Part shown: positions 14,409 to 26,201 of the stretch, piece by piece | How positions within the stretch are numbered: the stretch's first letter is position 1 | Layout of the letters: each line of letters opens with the position of its first letter | NCBI RefSeq assembly: GCF_006345805.1 | Contig: NW_021834299.1 | Location: 1-49,904, forward strand | Length of the DNA: 49,904 nucleotides | Source: Octopus sinensis | Taxonomy: Eukaryota | Direction of reading: 5' to 3' | Notes under the pieces: generated by a model | Database searches by the model: none | What the model was told of the DNA's origin: nothing | What the model saw: only the letters and a program-made list of their open reading frames with translations | Program-made: the position numbers and the translations under genes

Positions 14409-14508
14409 TCTTTTAGACGTTGCAACGTTTCTGTGTCATTAATGATTAAATTAGCTTAATTAAATTAAATTAAGCCAATCTACCATAGTTACACTTCATC
14501 AGTAAAGA
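14409..14508 (-). ncRNA. Type I hammerhead ribozyme, unit 5
   Basis: Same motif as unit 1. Confidence 0.8.
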
Positions 14509-14915
14509 CCTGGGAGAGACAAATATACACGAGGCGTCTGTATCGAAGCCTACGGGATATCTGACTTAAAATTTTCAAGACTGACGTATTCGCGCCAAAC
14601 TTATCAACAGTAAATATAAACTGCCGCTTCAATCTCAGAATTATTCAGAAAATTATCAATTAGTCAATTAGGGTAGCAAAAAAATTCAATAGAAAAAAAT
14701 TTTCACCAGGCCGCTGGTTGCGATAAATTTCTATTGAATTTTTTTGCTACCCTAAATTGACTAATTGATAATTTTCTGAATAATTCTGAGATTGAAGCGG
14801 CAGTTTTATATTACTGTTGATAAGTTTGGCGCGAATACGTCAGTCTTGAAAATTTTAAGTCAGATATCCCGTAGGCTTCGATACAGACGCCTCGTGTATA
14901 TTTGTCTCTCCCAGG

Positions 14916-15016
14916 TCTTTACTGATGAAGTGTAACCTATGGTAGATTGGCTTAATTTAATTTAATTAAGCTAATTTAATCATTAATGACACAGAAACGT
15001 TGCAACGTCTAAAAGA
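14916..15016 (+). ncRNA. Type I hammerhead ribozyme in the inverted copy
   Basis: tcttta CTGATGA a gtgt...(long AU-rich hairpin ttggcttaatt/aattaagctaa)...acac a GAA acgttgcaacgt C taaaaga. Core boxes intact, stem III is a perfect 12-nt palindrome, predicted GUC cleavage after 15009. Confidence 0.82.
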
Positions 15017-15137
15017 TGAATTAGGGTAAATGTTTTTAAATTTTCACCTAATTTCTGAATTAATAATACTTGGCGGTGTGAGTTTATGGCTGCTCTTTCT
15101 GGTGGACGAGTGACCTGTTGGGGTCACTCCTAAATCG

Positions 15138-15195
<58 letters not shown>

Positions 15196-15199
15196 CGCA

Positions 15200-15237
<38 letters not shown>

Positions 15238-15527
15238 TCACCGTGATCACCGTGACCGACCAGGCTATCATGTGTTGCTACACATCGCTGGTCACAATGC
15301 GCTTCGCATTGTTTTAGCCTTTAAATGACGCCACCCCGCTGGCCAACAGAAGAAAGAGTGAGAGAAAGTTGTGGCGAAAGAGTACAGCAGGGATCGCCAC
15401 CATCCCCTGCCGGAGCGTCGTGGAGCTTTAGGTGTTTTCGCTCAATAACACTCACAACGCCCGGTCTGGGAATCGAAACCGCGATCCTACGACCGCTGCC
15501 CTAACCACTGGGCTATTGCGCCTCCAC
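15238..15527 (-). mobile_element. SINE family C, near full length
   Basis: tRNA-like head (agcccagtggttagggcag; ggtttcgattccc) and 3' tail gtcacggtgatcacggtga followed by (TA)n. Confidence 0.9.
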
Positions 15528-15558
15528 ATATATATATATACATGCATATATATGCGTA

Positions 15559-15607
<49 letters not shown>

Positions 15608-15617
15608 GTATGTATAC

Positions 15618-15693
<76 letters not shown>

Positions 15694-16081
15694 GAGAGAG
15701 AGAGCTAAATAGATACATACATACATGCATATGTACATACATACATATATATAAATGTGTGTGTGTGTGCGTGTGTGTGTGTGTATGTGTGTGTGCAAGC
15801 ATGTCACATCAGCATGAAGCTACAATAATAGTGTGCTCGAAAACCATAAGTAGCGCACATACAAAACACCATTTTCTTTTCTGTCGATCCCTCGTTTTTT
15901 ATCGTCGTTCTTGTTGTTGTTATTGCTCTCACTGTATTTATAGTGGGATCTTTATATATATATATATATATATATTTCTTTCGTCTCTTGCAAGATAATA
16001 TGCCATCTGCATTTTTCCATTAGGTCACGCAAGACATTGTGTCGTCTGCTAGGTGTCACTTTCTTGCCTTTTTCTCTCGCC

Positions 16082-16130
<49 letters not shown>

Positions 16131-16471
16131 CCGATTTCTATGCTCCCTACTTAACCTCTCCCGTCAACCCCCATATATATATATATATATATATGTTTGT
16201 GTATGTGTGTGTGTGTGTATGTGTGTGTGTGTGTGTATGTATACATACATACATATATATATATATATACATACACACACACACACATCACACACACACA
16301 TATATAGATACGACCATCATTAGCAAGATAGTGCCGTTATTATTTACACGTGCTAATTACGTTGTCTGCAAGCGTATGTAAATTCTTTCGCCAAACAACT
16401 GCGTTAATGAACATTATACGTAATACGGACATCTGGCAACATATCCATGTACCAATATACTTGTGTGTGAA

Positions 16472-16511
<40 letters not shown>

Positions 16512-17324
16512 GTGTGTGTGTGTGTGTGTGTGTGTTATAAATGAGCTACTGTTTTCTGTAAAAGTGAAGACTATGTAAGCGATATTTGGGGTCACCCTAA
16601 TATGTACTGAAACTCGATAAAGCCATCTTTGTGTGGATGAGTGTTACAGAGAATAAAAAAACTTGTTGTTTAGCCTCTGTGTCGGATTTGCACTTTTGCC
16701 GTCACAGCGGGATTAAAATTCGCTTTTCAACCAAGCGCTTATGGATTCAGCCCCATTGCGCGACACGCAGTGGGACGTTAAGCTAGTGTCTTATACTGTA
16801 GCCCCCAGCCGACAAATGTTGTTTGATTAAATTTACAACACGGAAACTGTATGAAAACCCATCGTATTGTATCTATCTATCTATTTATCTCGCTATCTAT
16901 TCATCTATCTCCCGCTCTCTATATACTGCGTTCGAAAATATCACTTTCTTTTCTGTATCGTATGCTGCACATTCGACGCTTCTGAGAAACAAATGTAAAT
17001 TTGGTTATATACACATGTAATTGAGTGATGTGTGTGAGTGTGTGTATATGTGTGTGTCTGTGTGTGTATGTATGTATGTATGTATGTATGTATGTATGTA
17101 TGTATGTATAGTTGGTTTGTCTCAGATCTGAAGGCGATAGATTTGTGTACCGGTTCCCTATATTTTCAGTGAATGAATCGAACGATTGATAAGACTGAAC
17201 CTTGAACACACCCAAACGCATATCTGAAACAGCTGTAAAGCCTATAATAAATAAATGAATAAATGTATGTAACTTGTTCTTGTTTATTATGTGTATGCAT
17301 GTTTATATGTATGTGTGGCCTTGT

Positions 17325-17490
17325 GTTTGTCCTCCACCACTGCTTGACAACAGCGTGTTGGTTTGTTTACATCCCGTAAGCTAGCGTTTTAGCAAAAGAG
17401 ACTTAAAGAATAATTACCAGAATATTAAAAAAGTTCTGATCCTAGCATGGTCATAAACCAATGGCTGAAACCGGTACAAGATTTAAGACA
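17325..17490 (+). mobile_element. SINE family B, 3' half, diverged
   Basis: cttgacaa...gttggtttgtttacatcccgtaa...gcatgg...atggctgaaac. Confidence 0.65.
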
Positions 17491-17612
17491 AAAGTCACCA
17501 GCACTTGAAGATGTTCATCAAATTTGGTTTATCAATGAAATCGGAGAGGGTTTCTGTGTATTATAAATACCTATAAACTACAAGTGTTTGCATAGACAAT
17601 AATGTGAGGGCG

Positions 17613-17653
17613 ATCTCTGATGACGCACAAATAAAGCTTGAAACTAGTTAGAT
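17613..17653 (+). ncRNA. Degenerate minimal hammerhead motif
   Basis: atct CTGATGA cgc acaaataaa gctt GAAAC ta GTT agat: stem I atct/agat, palindromic stem III actagt, weak stem II. Confidence 0.55.
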
Positions 17654-17667
17654 ATATCAGTTTTATT

Positions 17668-18000
17668 GGCATAGCTCAGTGGTTAGAGCATCGCGCTCAC
17701 AATCACAAGGTAGTGATTTCGATTCTCGGACACGGATTATGTGTTGTGTTCTCGAGCAAGACACTTTATTTCACGTTGCTCCAGTTCACTCAGCGGCAGA
17801 AATGAGTTGTGGCATGACTGGTGCCAAGCTGTAACAGATTTTGCCTTTCCCTTGGATAACACCAGTGACATGGAGAGAGGGGACCGGTATGAATGGGTGA
17901 CTGCTGGTCTTCCATAAACAAACTTACATGGACTTGTGCATCAAGGAGTAACTTTCTAGGTGCAATCCCATGGTCATTCATGACCGTATGGGGTCTTTGT
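17668..18000 (+). mobile_element. SINE family E
   Basis: tagctcagtggttagagc A box and ttcgattc B box; body matches the reverse complement of 49100-49460. Confidence 0.85.
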
Positions 18001-18346
18001 CTATTTTACTGGTGCACAGTGAAAGAAAACATCAGTGGTTCAAATCCGGTGCTTGCTGTTCACAGCTGTTTAATTTTATGCTTATTGAAAACGCGTAAAA
18101 TCTAAACTTACCTTACTGTTCTAAACGCACGCGCGCGCACCACACACACACACACACACACACGAACACACACATGCACTTGCACACGTATTTGTGTCCG
18201 AAGGACGTGTAAACATTTCTTGCCATATACGTGTGTGTGTGTTTGTGTGTGTGTATATGTGTGTGTGTCTGCGAGCGTGAGTATATGTATATATTAATAT
18301 ATGTGTGCATGTGTGTATGTGGTAATATTTGTGTGTATGTGTGTGT

Positions 18347-18680
18347 GAAGGCGCCTGGCTTAGTAGGCTATTAGGCTCACGATCATAAGGTTGTGATTTC
18401 GATTCCCAGTGGTACATTGTCCTAGAGTACGTTGTCCTAGTGTACGTTGTCCTTGAGCAAGACACTTTATTTCATGCTGCTCCAGTCCACTCAGCTGGCA
18501 AAAATGAGTAATACAAAGGGACCAGCCTTATCACATTCTATGGCACTCTGAATCTTCCTGAGAGCTGCATTAAAAATACGCTTATCCATGGAGTACTCAG
18601 CCACTTGAACATCAACCTCGCGCGCTGGCTATTCCGTTGATCAGATCAACTGAAAGACTCGTCGTCGTAACCGACGGGGA
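18347..18680 (+). mobile_element. SINE family D, near full length
   Basis: tggcttagtaggcta A box, ttcgattccc B box, ccttgagcaagacact core. Confidence 0.85.
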
Positions 18681-18699
18681 TCCAGAATATGTGTACATG

Positions 18700-19985
18700 T
18701 GCCCTTCTCCTCCTCTTCTCTCTCTTCCTCCCTCTTTTCTTCTCCCTCTCTCTTTCCATCTATCTCCCTCTTTCCTGCTCTCTTCTCATTTCTCTGTGTC
18801 TCTCACCCTCTCTCCCTCTCCCTCATTTTTTATCTCTCGCTCGCTTTCTCTCATCTTCTCTTTCTCCCGCTCTCTATTTCTCCTCCTCTCTGTCTTTCTC
18901 TTTCATTTTCCCTCTCCCTCTCTCTCCCTCTCTTTTCTCTTTCTCTGTCTCTATGTGTGTCTCTCTCTCTCAGTTTTCCTCCACCACTACCACCACCACC
19001 ACTACTTCCACCACCATTACCACTAATACCACCACCACCACCGCTACATTATAACCACTACCATTACCACCACTACCACCACCACCTCCACCATCATTAC
19101 CACCACTATCATCACCACCACCACCACAACTACCGCCATTATCACCACCACCATCTCTGCCATGAACGTCGCCACTACCATCACAACTAACACTAGAATC
19201 TCCGCCACACCGTTAGCACCACCACGACCACTACCTCCACCACCTCACAGTTTTAACTCCACTCCACCTCACAACCACCACCACCCGTCTACGCAATGGT
19301 TGTCATAATAATTAAAGTAATTAATTCTACAAAGTATCAATACCGGTGCCGTCTACCCATTCAACCACGACCACCACCACCGCCAGTTGTCAGGGTGTGA
19401 ATAAGAAACCACTTGAAACCAGTGGTACGCAGTAAGGAGCCTCTTCATGTCATATTTATTGCGTCATCTGGCTAGTGCTGTCGTCATCATCGTCGTCCTT
19501 GTTGCTGCTGCTGTTGTTGTTGTTGTTGTTGTTGCTACTGCTACTGCTGTTGCTTCAGTTGCTGTTATTGTTGCCGTTGTTGTTGTTGCTGTTGTTGTTG
19601 TTGTTGAGTTGTTATTGTTGATGTTGTTGCTGTTGATGTTGTTGCTGTTACTGTTGTTGATACTATTGTTGCTGTTGTTGTTGTCGCTGTTTTGCTGTTG
19701 CTGTTTTGTTGTTGTTGTTGTTGTTGTTGATGATGATGATGATGTTCTTTACGCTGTTTGTGATCTTCTGAATGATGATGTTGCTGTTGAGTTTTAGTGT
19801 AGTTTGGCTATTATTTCTAGCAGGTCGACCTACCATGTATTACTCTCTCTAAATCCTGAAGGAATGTTTTAATTTTAGCTCTTTTTATTGTTTTAGTTGC
19901 TAAAGTTTTTGTTGCTGTTGTTGTAATTGCTGCTGCTGCTACCGCTGCTGCTGCTGCTGCTGGCAGTAGCGGTGGCTGCGGCGGC
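18700..19985. repeat. (CT)-rich, (CAC)n and (GTT/GCT)n low-complexity tracts
   Basis: Directly visible. Confidence 0.9.
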
Positions 19986-20158
19986 TAAATCACATATATG
20001 TTTTCCAGACATCCTAGAGAGTTTGATTATCTTCATGAAGTATTAGGAGTGAGTTCTATGAAATGTACAGTCAAATTATAAGCAGACTTAAAATGCTTTC
20101 TAATGATGCACAGATAATCAAACTCTCTAGGATGTCTGGAAAACATATGTGATTTAGC
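19984..20158. repeat. ~48-bp near-perfect inverted repeat with a 79-bp spacer
   Basis: 19984-20032 is the reverse complement of 20112-20158 apart from one TA insertion. Confidence 0.9.
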
Positions 20159-20441
20159 TGATGAACACTGGACATTTGTATTTGCTGCGATATTTGCAGC
20201 TTCAAATAAAATTGCTCTTAGTATGAAACAATTGTACTGAACTACTAATCCATTCTTGTTGCTTTTTTCTTGGTTATAATCACCCCACATTATTTTATGG
20301 TTAATACCATAAAGAATTCAGGTGCATCTAAGTTAAGTACCATATTCATTTGAATTCACTTGAATCTTAATGCTTTTTGCTGAATTTTATATATATGTAT
20401 ATATATATATATATATACACACGCATAATATATATATATAT

Positions 20442-20550
<109 letters not shown>

Positions 20551-21152
20551 ATATACAGATATATGTATGAATATCTACATATCTACATATTGTTCCATTT
20601 TCTTGTTCCATGTAGACGTATAGCGGCGTAGTACAGTTTTGGACTCCTGTATGTAAGTACATATATATATATATCTTTCTCTTAGCCCCTTTCACACTTT
20701 CTTCGTTCTTTCCACTTTTCTTTTTCTCCCTCTCCTTCTCTCACATTTCTTGGCCTTCCCTTCATTCTCACTTTTACCTCACTCGTCCCTTTCCTTTATT
20801 TTTTCTCTCTTTCTCGTCCTTCCCTAATTCTTCAATCTCTCTGCCCCTACCGCTCTTCTCTCCTTCCAAGTGACCGGTGTTCCGCCAAGCCTGACCTTTC
20901 TTTCTTGGTTCGACTACCATCCTCGTAGCATCTCTTATATTCCTTCCCATGACTTTTATCTCTTATGTCCCTGCCGTAAGGCTTCACTTCCACACACGGC
21001 AGCTTAATTTAATTCGTCCTTAATCGAAAGACACCTGTTGTTAATGTCCTGTTGTTTGTATTTGCAATTGTGTACCTTTTCTCCATTCTTTTCATCCTTG
21101 TTTTCGTATATATTCGCTTACTTTCTTCCCAGGAATCTAGTGTCCTTAGTTT

Positions 21153-21188
<36 letters not shown>

Positions 21189-21205
21189 TATTAAATCCAT
21201 ATATA

Positions 21206-21300
21206 TCTTATTAAATCCAAAATTGAATAAGGATTAAATTTTTGTACTTTTAGTTATCTAAAAAGAATAAGGGAATACATACATACACACACATATACAC

Positions 21301-21346
<46 letters not shown>

Positions 21347-21433
21347 ATGTGTGTGTGTATGTATTCCCGTATTCTTTTTAAATAACTAAAAGTACAAAAA
21401 TTTAATCCTTATTTAATTTGGGATTTCATAAGA
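21206..21433. repeat. Palindrome with ~75-bp unique arms around a (CA)n/(TG)n centre
   Basis: aataaggattaaatttttgtacttttagttat pairs with ataactaaaagtacaaaaatttaatccttatt. Confidence 0.9.
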
Positions 21434-21865
21434 TTTAGAATGTTACCTCACATGCCACCTTAATGGGCATACTTTAAGAAGAGGAGATATTTATTTATTA
21501 AATGGTGTTGTAGTAAACCATTACAAGCGTACTTTGCAATGAATATCTTCTGTAAGAAATGAAACCGGTTGAAATTATGTATTTGAAATGTACTTGTTAT
21601 TATAGACTTTAAAAAGTGTAATAAGGTATTTTGAAACTATTTTAATGTTTATTGGAATCCGTTATCTTGAAATGATTTGATTGAAGTAATGTATTTTGGA
21701 TATGATGTATTTCGGAATATGCAATAAAGTCTTTTGAAATAATTTGATTGTGATAATATATTTTTCAATGCATATGATTGATTTTAAAATGATTTGACTG
21801 TAATAATACACTTTGGATTTAACTCATTGCAATATAAGAGGATAAACGCATTTTCTTATTATTAC

Positions 21866-21911
<46 letters not shown>

Positions 21912-22149
21912 TACACACAAGCACACACATACGCACATACATACATCTACACATATATATGATATATTTTTTAGAGAAAGAGAGAGAGAATGTGTGTGTG
22001 TGCGTATGTGTGTGTGTTTAAATGTTTTGCATAAAACCAAAACAATGCAAGTTGTAAAAACCTAATAATACAGATCAACGGTTAATACTATTACCTTGTA
22101 TTTCAATTTTTCAGGGAAATTTACTGAGAATTGTTGATAGCTGATACCA

Positions 22150-24110
22150 CCGCTCAGTGGTGTGAATGCATAATGAGTTGCTTTGCGTTGCCATACCATT
22201 CAGCTGCATGCGATTCAAAACTGTTAATAATTCGTGGGCTGCACTTGTTAATTAAAATTGCTTCTTTTATTCTCAAGTTCCCAATGTTTCTTTCTCTAGC
22301 TTCAATAGAAACATGTGGCATTTCCGTAGGTGTTTTCTTTTTTAGCGAAAGAAGCATTAGCATAGAGGTGTTCTTTAACTCGTACGTGAACTTGTCTGAT
22401 GGTTCTTCCGATGTTGAATTGATTACATTTACTACACGTAATTTCGTACACTACGTAGGGCTGTACACGTATATTTTCATCTTTAATCGGGCAGTTGGAC
22501 AATATACATAAGTACTGTCTATTCTTGGTCTGTTTTTAATTAGGACCCTCCTCAGAGAAGATCCGGAGTCTGCCCGTCGTATATTCAATCCTTCCTTATA
22601 GATCACACGGCAGATTGCAGCATCTGTTTTGTTTTTTTATTAAAATGTGGTAGTTTAAAAAACACTTTATCATTGTTTTGTGGCTTTTGTTAGGTGGTCT
22701 GGTTATGTTCTGGTGTTTAGCGAAAGAATATGGAACACCATTCTCCATCAGGATTTTTCTGAATTGTATGATGTTGGTGTTTGTTTTCTTCCCTGTTTCA
22801 TCGACTGCGTATCCTGTGAATTTTATTTCTAATGTAAGCTATCTTAGCTCTCATGGGGTGGGGGTGAATTGTAAGATACAAATAGGCTCCGTATTCTTCT
22901 TTTCTGTAAGACCTAGTGGAGATGGATGCGTTCTGTGTCACTTTGAATTCAAAATCAAGCAAAGATAAGAAACCAGTGTTATGGGGGTGTTCACTTCAAA
23001 TTTTATATGTTCATTGATATTGGTGAACATAGTGTATATTTTAACAACCTCCTCGCAAGCTGATCTTAATATGAAGACATCATCCAAATATCCAGCGAAA
23101 AAGACACAAGAGTGACAGCTGTTTAGTGCCCTGCGTTCTAACCAGTTCATATATGGAATGGTCAGTAAGCCTGATAGGCTTGACCCCTCGACATTCCAGA
23201 AATTTGTTGTAAACTTTTATATCCTGGTGTTGGATAAATAAATTAACGAAGCAGGAGGGGCGAAAGTATTCACACGACGCACAACTATTATTGTTACACG
23301 AAGTTAAACGATCTCTGCTAACGGCTCACAGTAAACTGCTTCCTTTCAATTGCTCGCGATTCTTTATTATATAGCAATGTGTCAGTCTACTTTTCGTCAC
23401 ATGGGTGGTCGGAATCCTTCCACAATATAAACCGACCTCTCGAACTTGAAGATGTTACCCATTATAATAGTATATCATAGCCCCTGATATCTTATTCCTG
23501 GATATAAAGGGTTGTGATCCTGAAGCAATTAAGGTTGTGAGAGGAGGCAATGTTCTAAATTCTCATGCCATTATGGAAAAGCAGAGTTATATCACACGAA
23601 CATATGAGGACAGTTGTGAATACGGGTTTCTCGCTCAATAGCCGTCTTCAGTAAAACAATTTCTCGAACCAATCTCCTGTGCCTAAGGGATCTAGACTCG
23701 TACAAAACAAAACCAAAGTCTAAGCTGAAAGAGTAGTAATTGTTTTTTTTTATAATATCGAAGGGTTGAGATCTTTGTTGATGGCTTCGCTAGAGCTTTC
23801 AGCGTGTTTTGGAAAGGATTTAAGCAGTGGGTTGAGAATATTACATACAAGCCAAGAGAATTTATAGAAACGTCCGTTAATACTAGAGAAAATGGATCAA
23901 ATTTTTCAATTTAGTCCTGGTTTATATGTTTTTTGAGATGATAGGTGCGAAGTAGGCTGTTCCTTGTGATGAAATTGCACTTAATCTTGCCCAAGAGCCC
24001 TTTCTATTCACAGATGTTCATCCAACAAACGGTTGTGGTTATACTAACCTGGCTAAGTGTGATGTCATTGGTTTTTCATATAATGTAATGTTGTTTAAGT
24101 GCTCGAATGC
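22150..24110 (-). mobile_element. Decayed Penelope-like element (RT + GIY-YIG), interrupted at ~23150-23720
   Basis: VVYEITCSKCNQFNIGRTIRQVHVRVKEH (GIY-YIG), EAILINKCSPRIIN, GYLDDVFIL (YxDD) and KTYKPGLN...FSSINGRFYKFSWLVCNILNPLL (RT N-terminal motifs). Confidence 0.85.
23555..23713 (-). repeat. Dispersed ~160-bp repeat, copy 1, containing a degenerate HHR (23614-23659)
   Basis: Matches 25445-25602. Minus strand reads ttgtttta CTGAAGA cggct attg agcg a GAAAC cc GTA ttcacaa. Confidence 0.65.
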
Positions 24111-24162
24111 AAGTTCATCGCAAACATACACACACACACACGCACACAAACATATATATATA

Positions 24163-24437
24163 TCACGTGATCTCGTGACCGACCAGGCTATCAGATGTTG
24201 TTACACATCGCTGGTCTCAATGCATTTTTACATTGTTTTAGCCTTCAAGTGACGCCACCCGACTGACTAGGCGAAAGCAGGCCAACATTCCCCACTTAAT
24301 CGAAAAGGGGGGAAATGGAACAATGTGAAATGAAGTGTTTTGCTCAAGAACACTACGTGCTGCCCAGTCAGGGAATTGAACCCACGATTCACCGAGCGTG
24401 AATGCAACAGCCTAACAACCAGGCCACGCGTCTTCAC
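24163..24437 (-). mobile_element. SINE with family C-type tail
   Basis: tggcctggttgttagg A box, ggttcaattccc B box, tail gatagcctggtcggtcacg. Confidence 0.8.
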
Positions 24438-24779
24438 ATACATACACCACCACTCTCTCATAATACATATGGTAACTAACGTAGCTACACTTTAGCCCCA
24501 AATCAACCATGATTAAGAAGACCTATGCTCAAAGCCAGTCTAGCTCTAACTCTACAGACTTAGCATAAGTTCACATTATATCTTAGTTCACATCATAACA
24601 TGGACTGGTTTCCTTGTCGTCTTGTAATGTCATAGCATGGCAGCATGTCTGATAAATTATTTAATTTAAAGAAAAATGATAAAAAGGGAAATAACTCAGT
24701 GTGGCCAATGGCATGTAATTTCAACAATATACATAACAATCGCATTACAGAGGGAGAGCGCTAAGCAGTGACAAGTGAC

Positions 24780-25288
24780 ATTACAATGTTCTTAACAGTT
24801 TGAATATGCTTGGGGCACGTTTGAACTGGGGAACAAGCTACTCGCTGCGTTTTGTCACTGAAAATATATCTTGCATGTTGACAAATGGTGTGTATACACC
24901 TAGATCAGCTCGCAGCGCCACCTATCCAGACTGTGAGATGCTAGTATTTCGGAGTAGTTATCTCTTCCTCGATCACAGACACCAAGCAGGCGGCGCTACA
25001 AGTTGAATGAAGAGACTGACTCTGTTATGCTATTCCAGTCACCACACGGTAACTTGTAGCACTGTGCGGCGGCTCACCGCAAGTAAATTACGGACGGGGA
25101 GCACTAAGAAGTCATAAGTAAAATTGTAGGTAACTACTCCGAAATGCTTGCATCTCACGGTTGGTGTAGGTGGCGCTGCGAGCTGATCTAGGTGTATACG
25201 CACCATTTGTCAACAAAATGCAGTGAGTAGCTTCTACCCCAATTCGGACGTGCATCAAGTATATTTGCACTGATAATAACACTGAAAT
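24780..25288. mobile_element. Foldback MITE-like element with ~160-185-bp inverted arms
   Basis: 24780-24963 pairs with 25128-25288 (ttgacaaatggtg.gtatacacctagatcagctcgcagcgccaccta); inner pair gctacaagtt/aacttgtagc. Confidence 0.8.
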
Positions 25289-25444
25289 AATAATTACAGG
25301 TATATCAAATACGATACAACATGAATTTTTGATGTATTAGAATTATCTCTGCCTTCAGAGGATACATCGTAAATACCAAATTGCAATTAAGATCAGTTCC
25401 ACAGTTGAAACAGGTGAGATAAGCTCAAGATTCAAGAATGTCTC

Positions 25445-25602
25445 CTAAATTTTCATGCCATTATGCAAAAGCAGTGTCATATTATATGGAGATATGAGGA
25501 CAGTTGTGGATACGGGTTTCTCGCGCAATAACAGTCTTCAGTAAAACAATTTCCCGAACCAATCTCCTGTGCCTAGGGACCTAGACTCGTACAAAACAAA
25601 AC
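25445..25602 (-). repeat. Dispersed ~160-bp repeat, copy 2, with a degenerate HHR (25504-25549)
   Basis: Matches 23555-23713. Confidence 0.6.
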
Positions 25603-25753
25603 TAAATCAAGTTTATGGCGTCGGTGACGTCAACTGATATTTCTATACCGATAACTGAGTGAACAGTGCAGTAAATGTTGATTACAAAAAAAAAACAGGA
25701 AATATCCTGAAGCAAAATGATGTATATATGTATGTGCATGTATATATATATAC

Positions 25754-25802
<49 letters not shown>

Positions 25803-25820
25803 GATATATATATATATGTG

Positions 25821-25858
<38 letters not shown>

Positions 25859-26008
25859 GTATATACATACGTATGTATACATATATATATATATATACAT
25901 CTATATATATATATGTGGATATGTCTAGATAATATATATGTGTATATATATACATACATACATACATACATAATATATATGTGTATATATATACATACAT
26001 ACATACTT

Positions 26009-26047
<39 letters not shown>

Positions 26048-26052
26048 GTATG

Positions 26053-26109
<57 letters not shown>

Positions 26110-26133
26110 GTATATATATGTATATTATATATG

Positions 26134-26201
<68 letters not shown>

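Larger units (their letters stand above)
12301..15141 (-). mobile_element. Retrozyme-like / PLE pseudo-LTR tandem array: 5 x ~472-bp units, a short 6th partial unit and a ~440-bp inverted copy, flanked by (TA)n
   Basis: Units start at 12301, 12773, 13242, 13718, 14190 and 14660 (partial, to ~14694); inverted copy 14700-15141. Units are near-identical and differ mostly by small indels. No ORF in the track; one HHR per unit. Confidence 0.85.

Noticed and set aside
12301-14694. Ordinary satellite DNA or rDNA/snRNA gene cluster
   Set aside because: No rRNA or snRNA similarity recognised. The per-unit HHR, TA flanks and terminal inversion fit a retro-mobilised unit better, though local tandem amplification cannot be excluded.
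17128-17242. HHR-like ctgaagg...gaaacagctgta
   Set aside because: Core A9 is substituted and no stem I can be formed.
17668-17745. tRNA genes at SINE heads
   Set aside because: A and B boxes are present but there is no complete cloverleaf, and they continue into SINE bodies.
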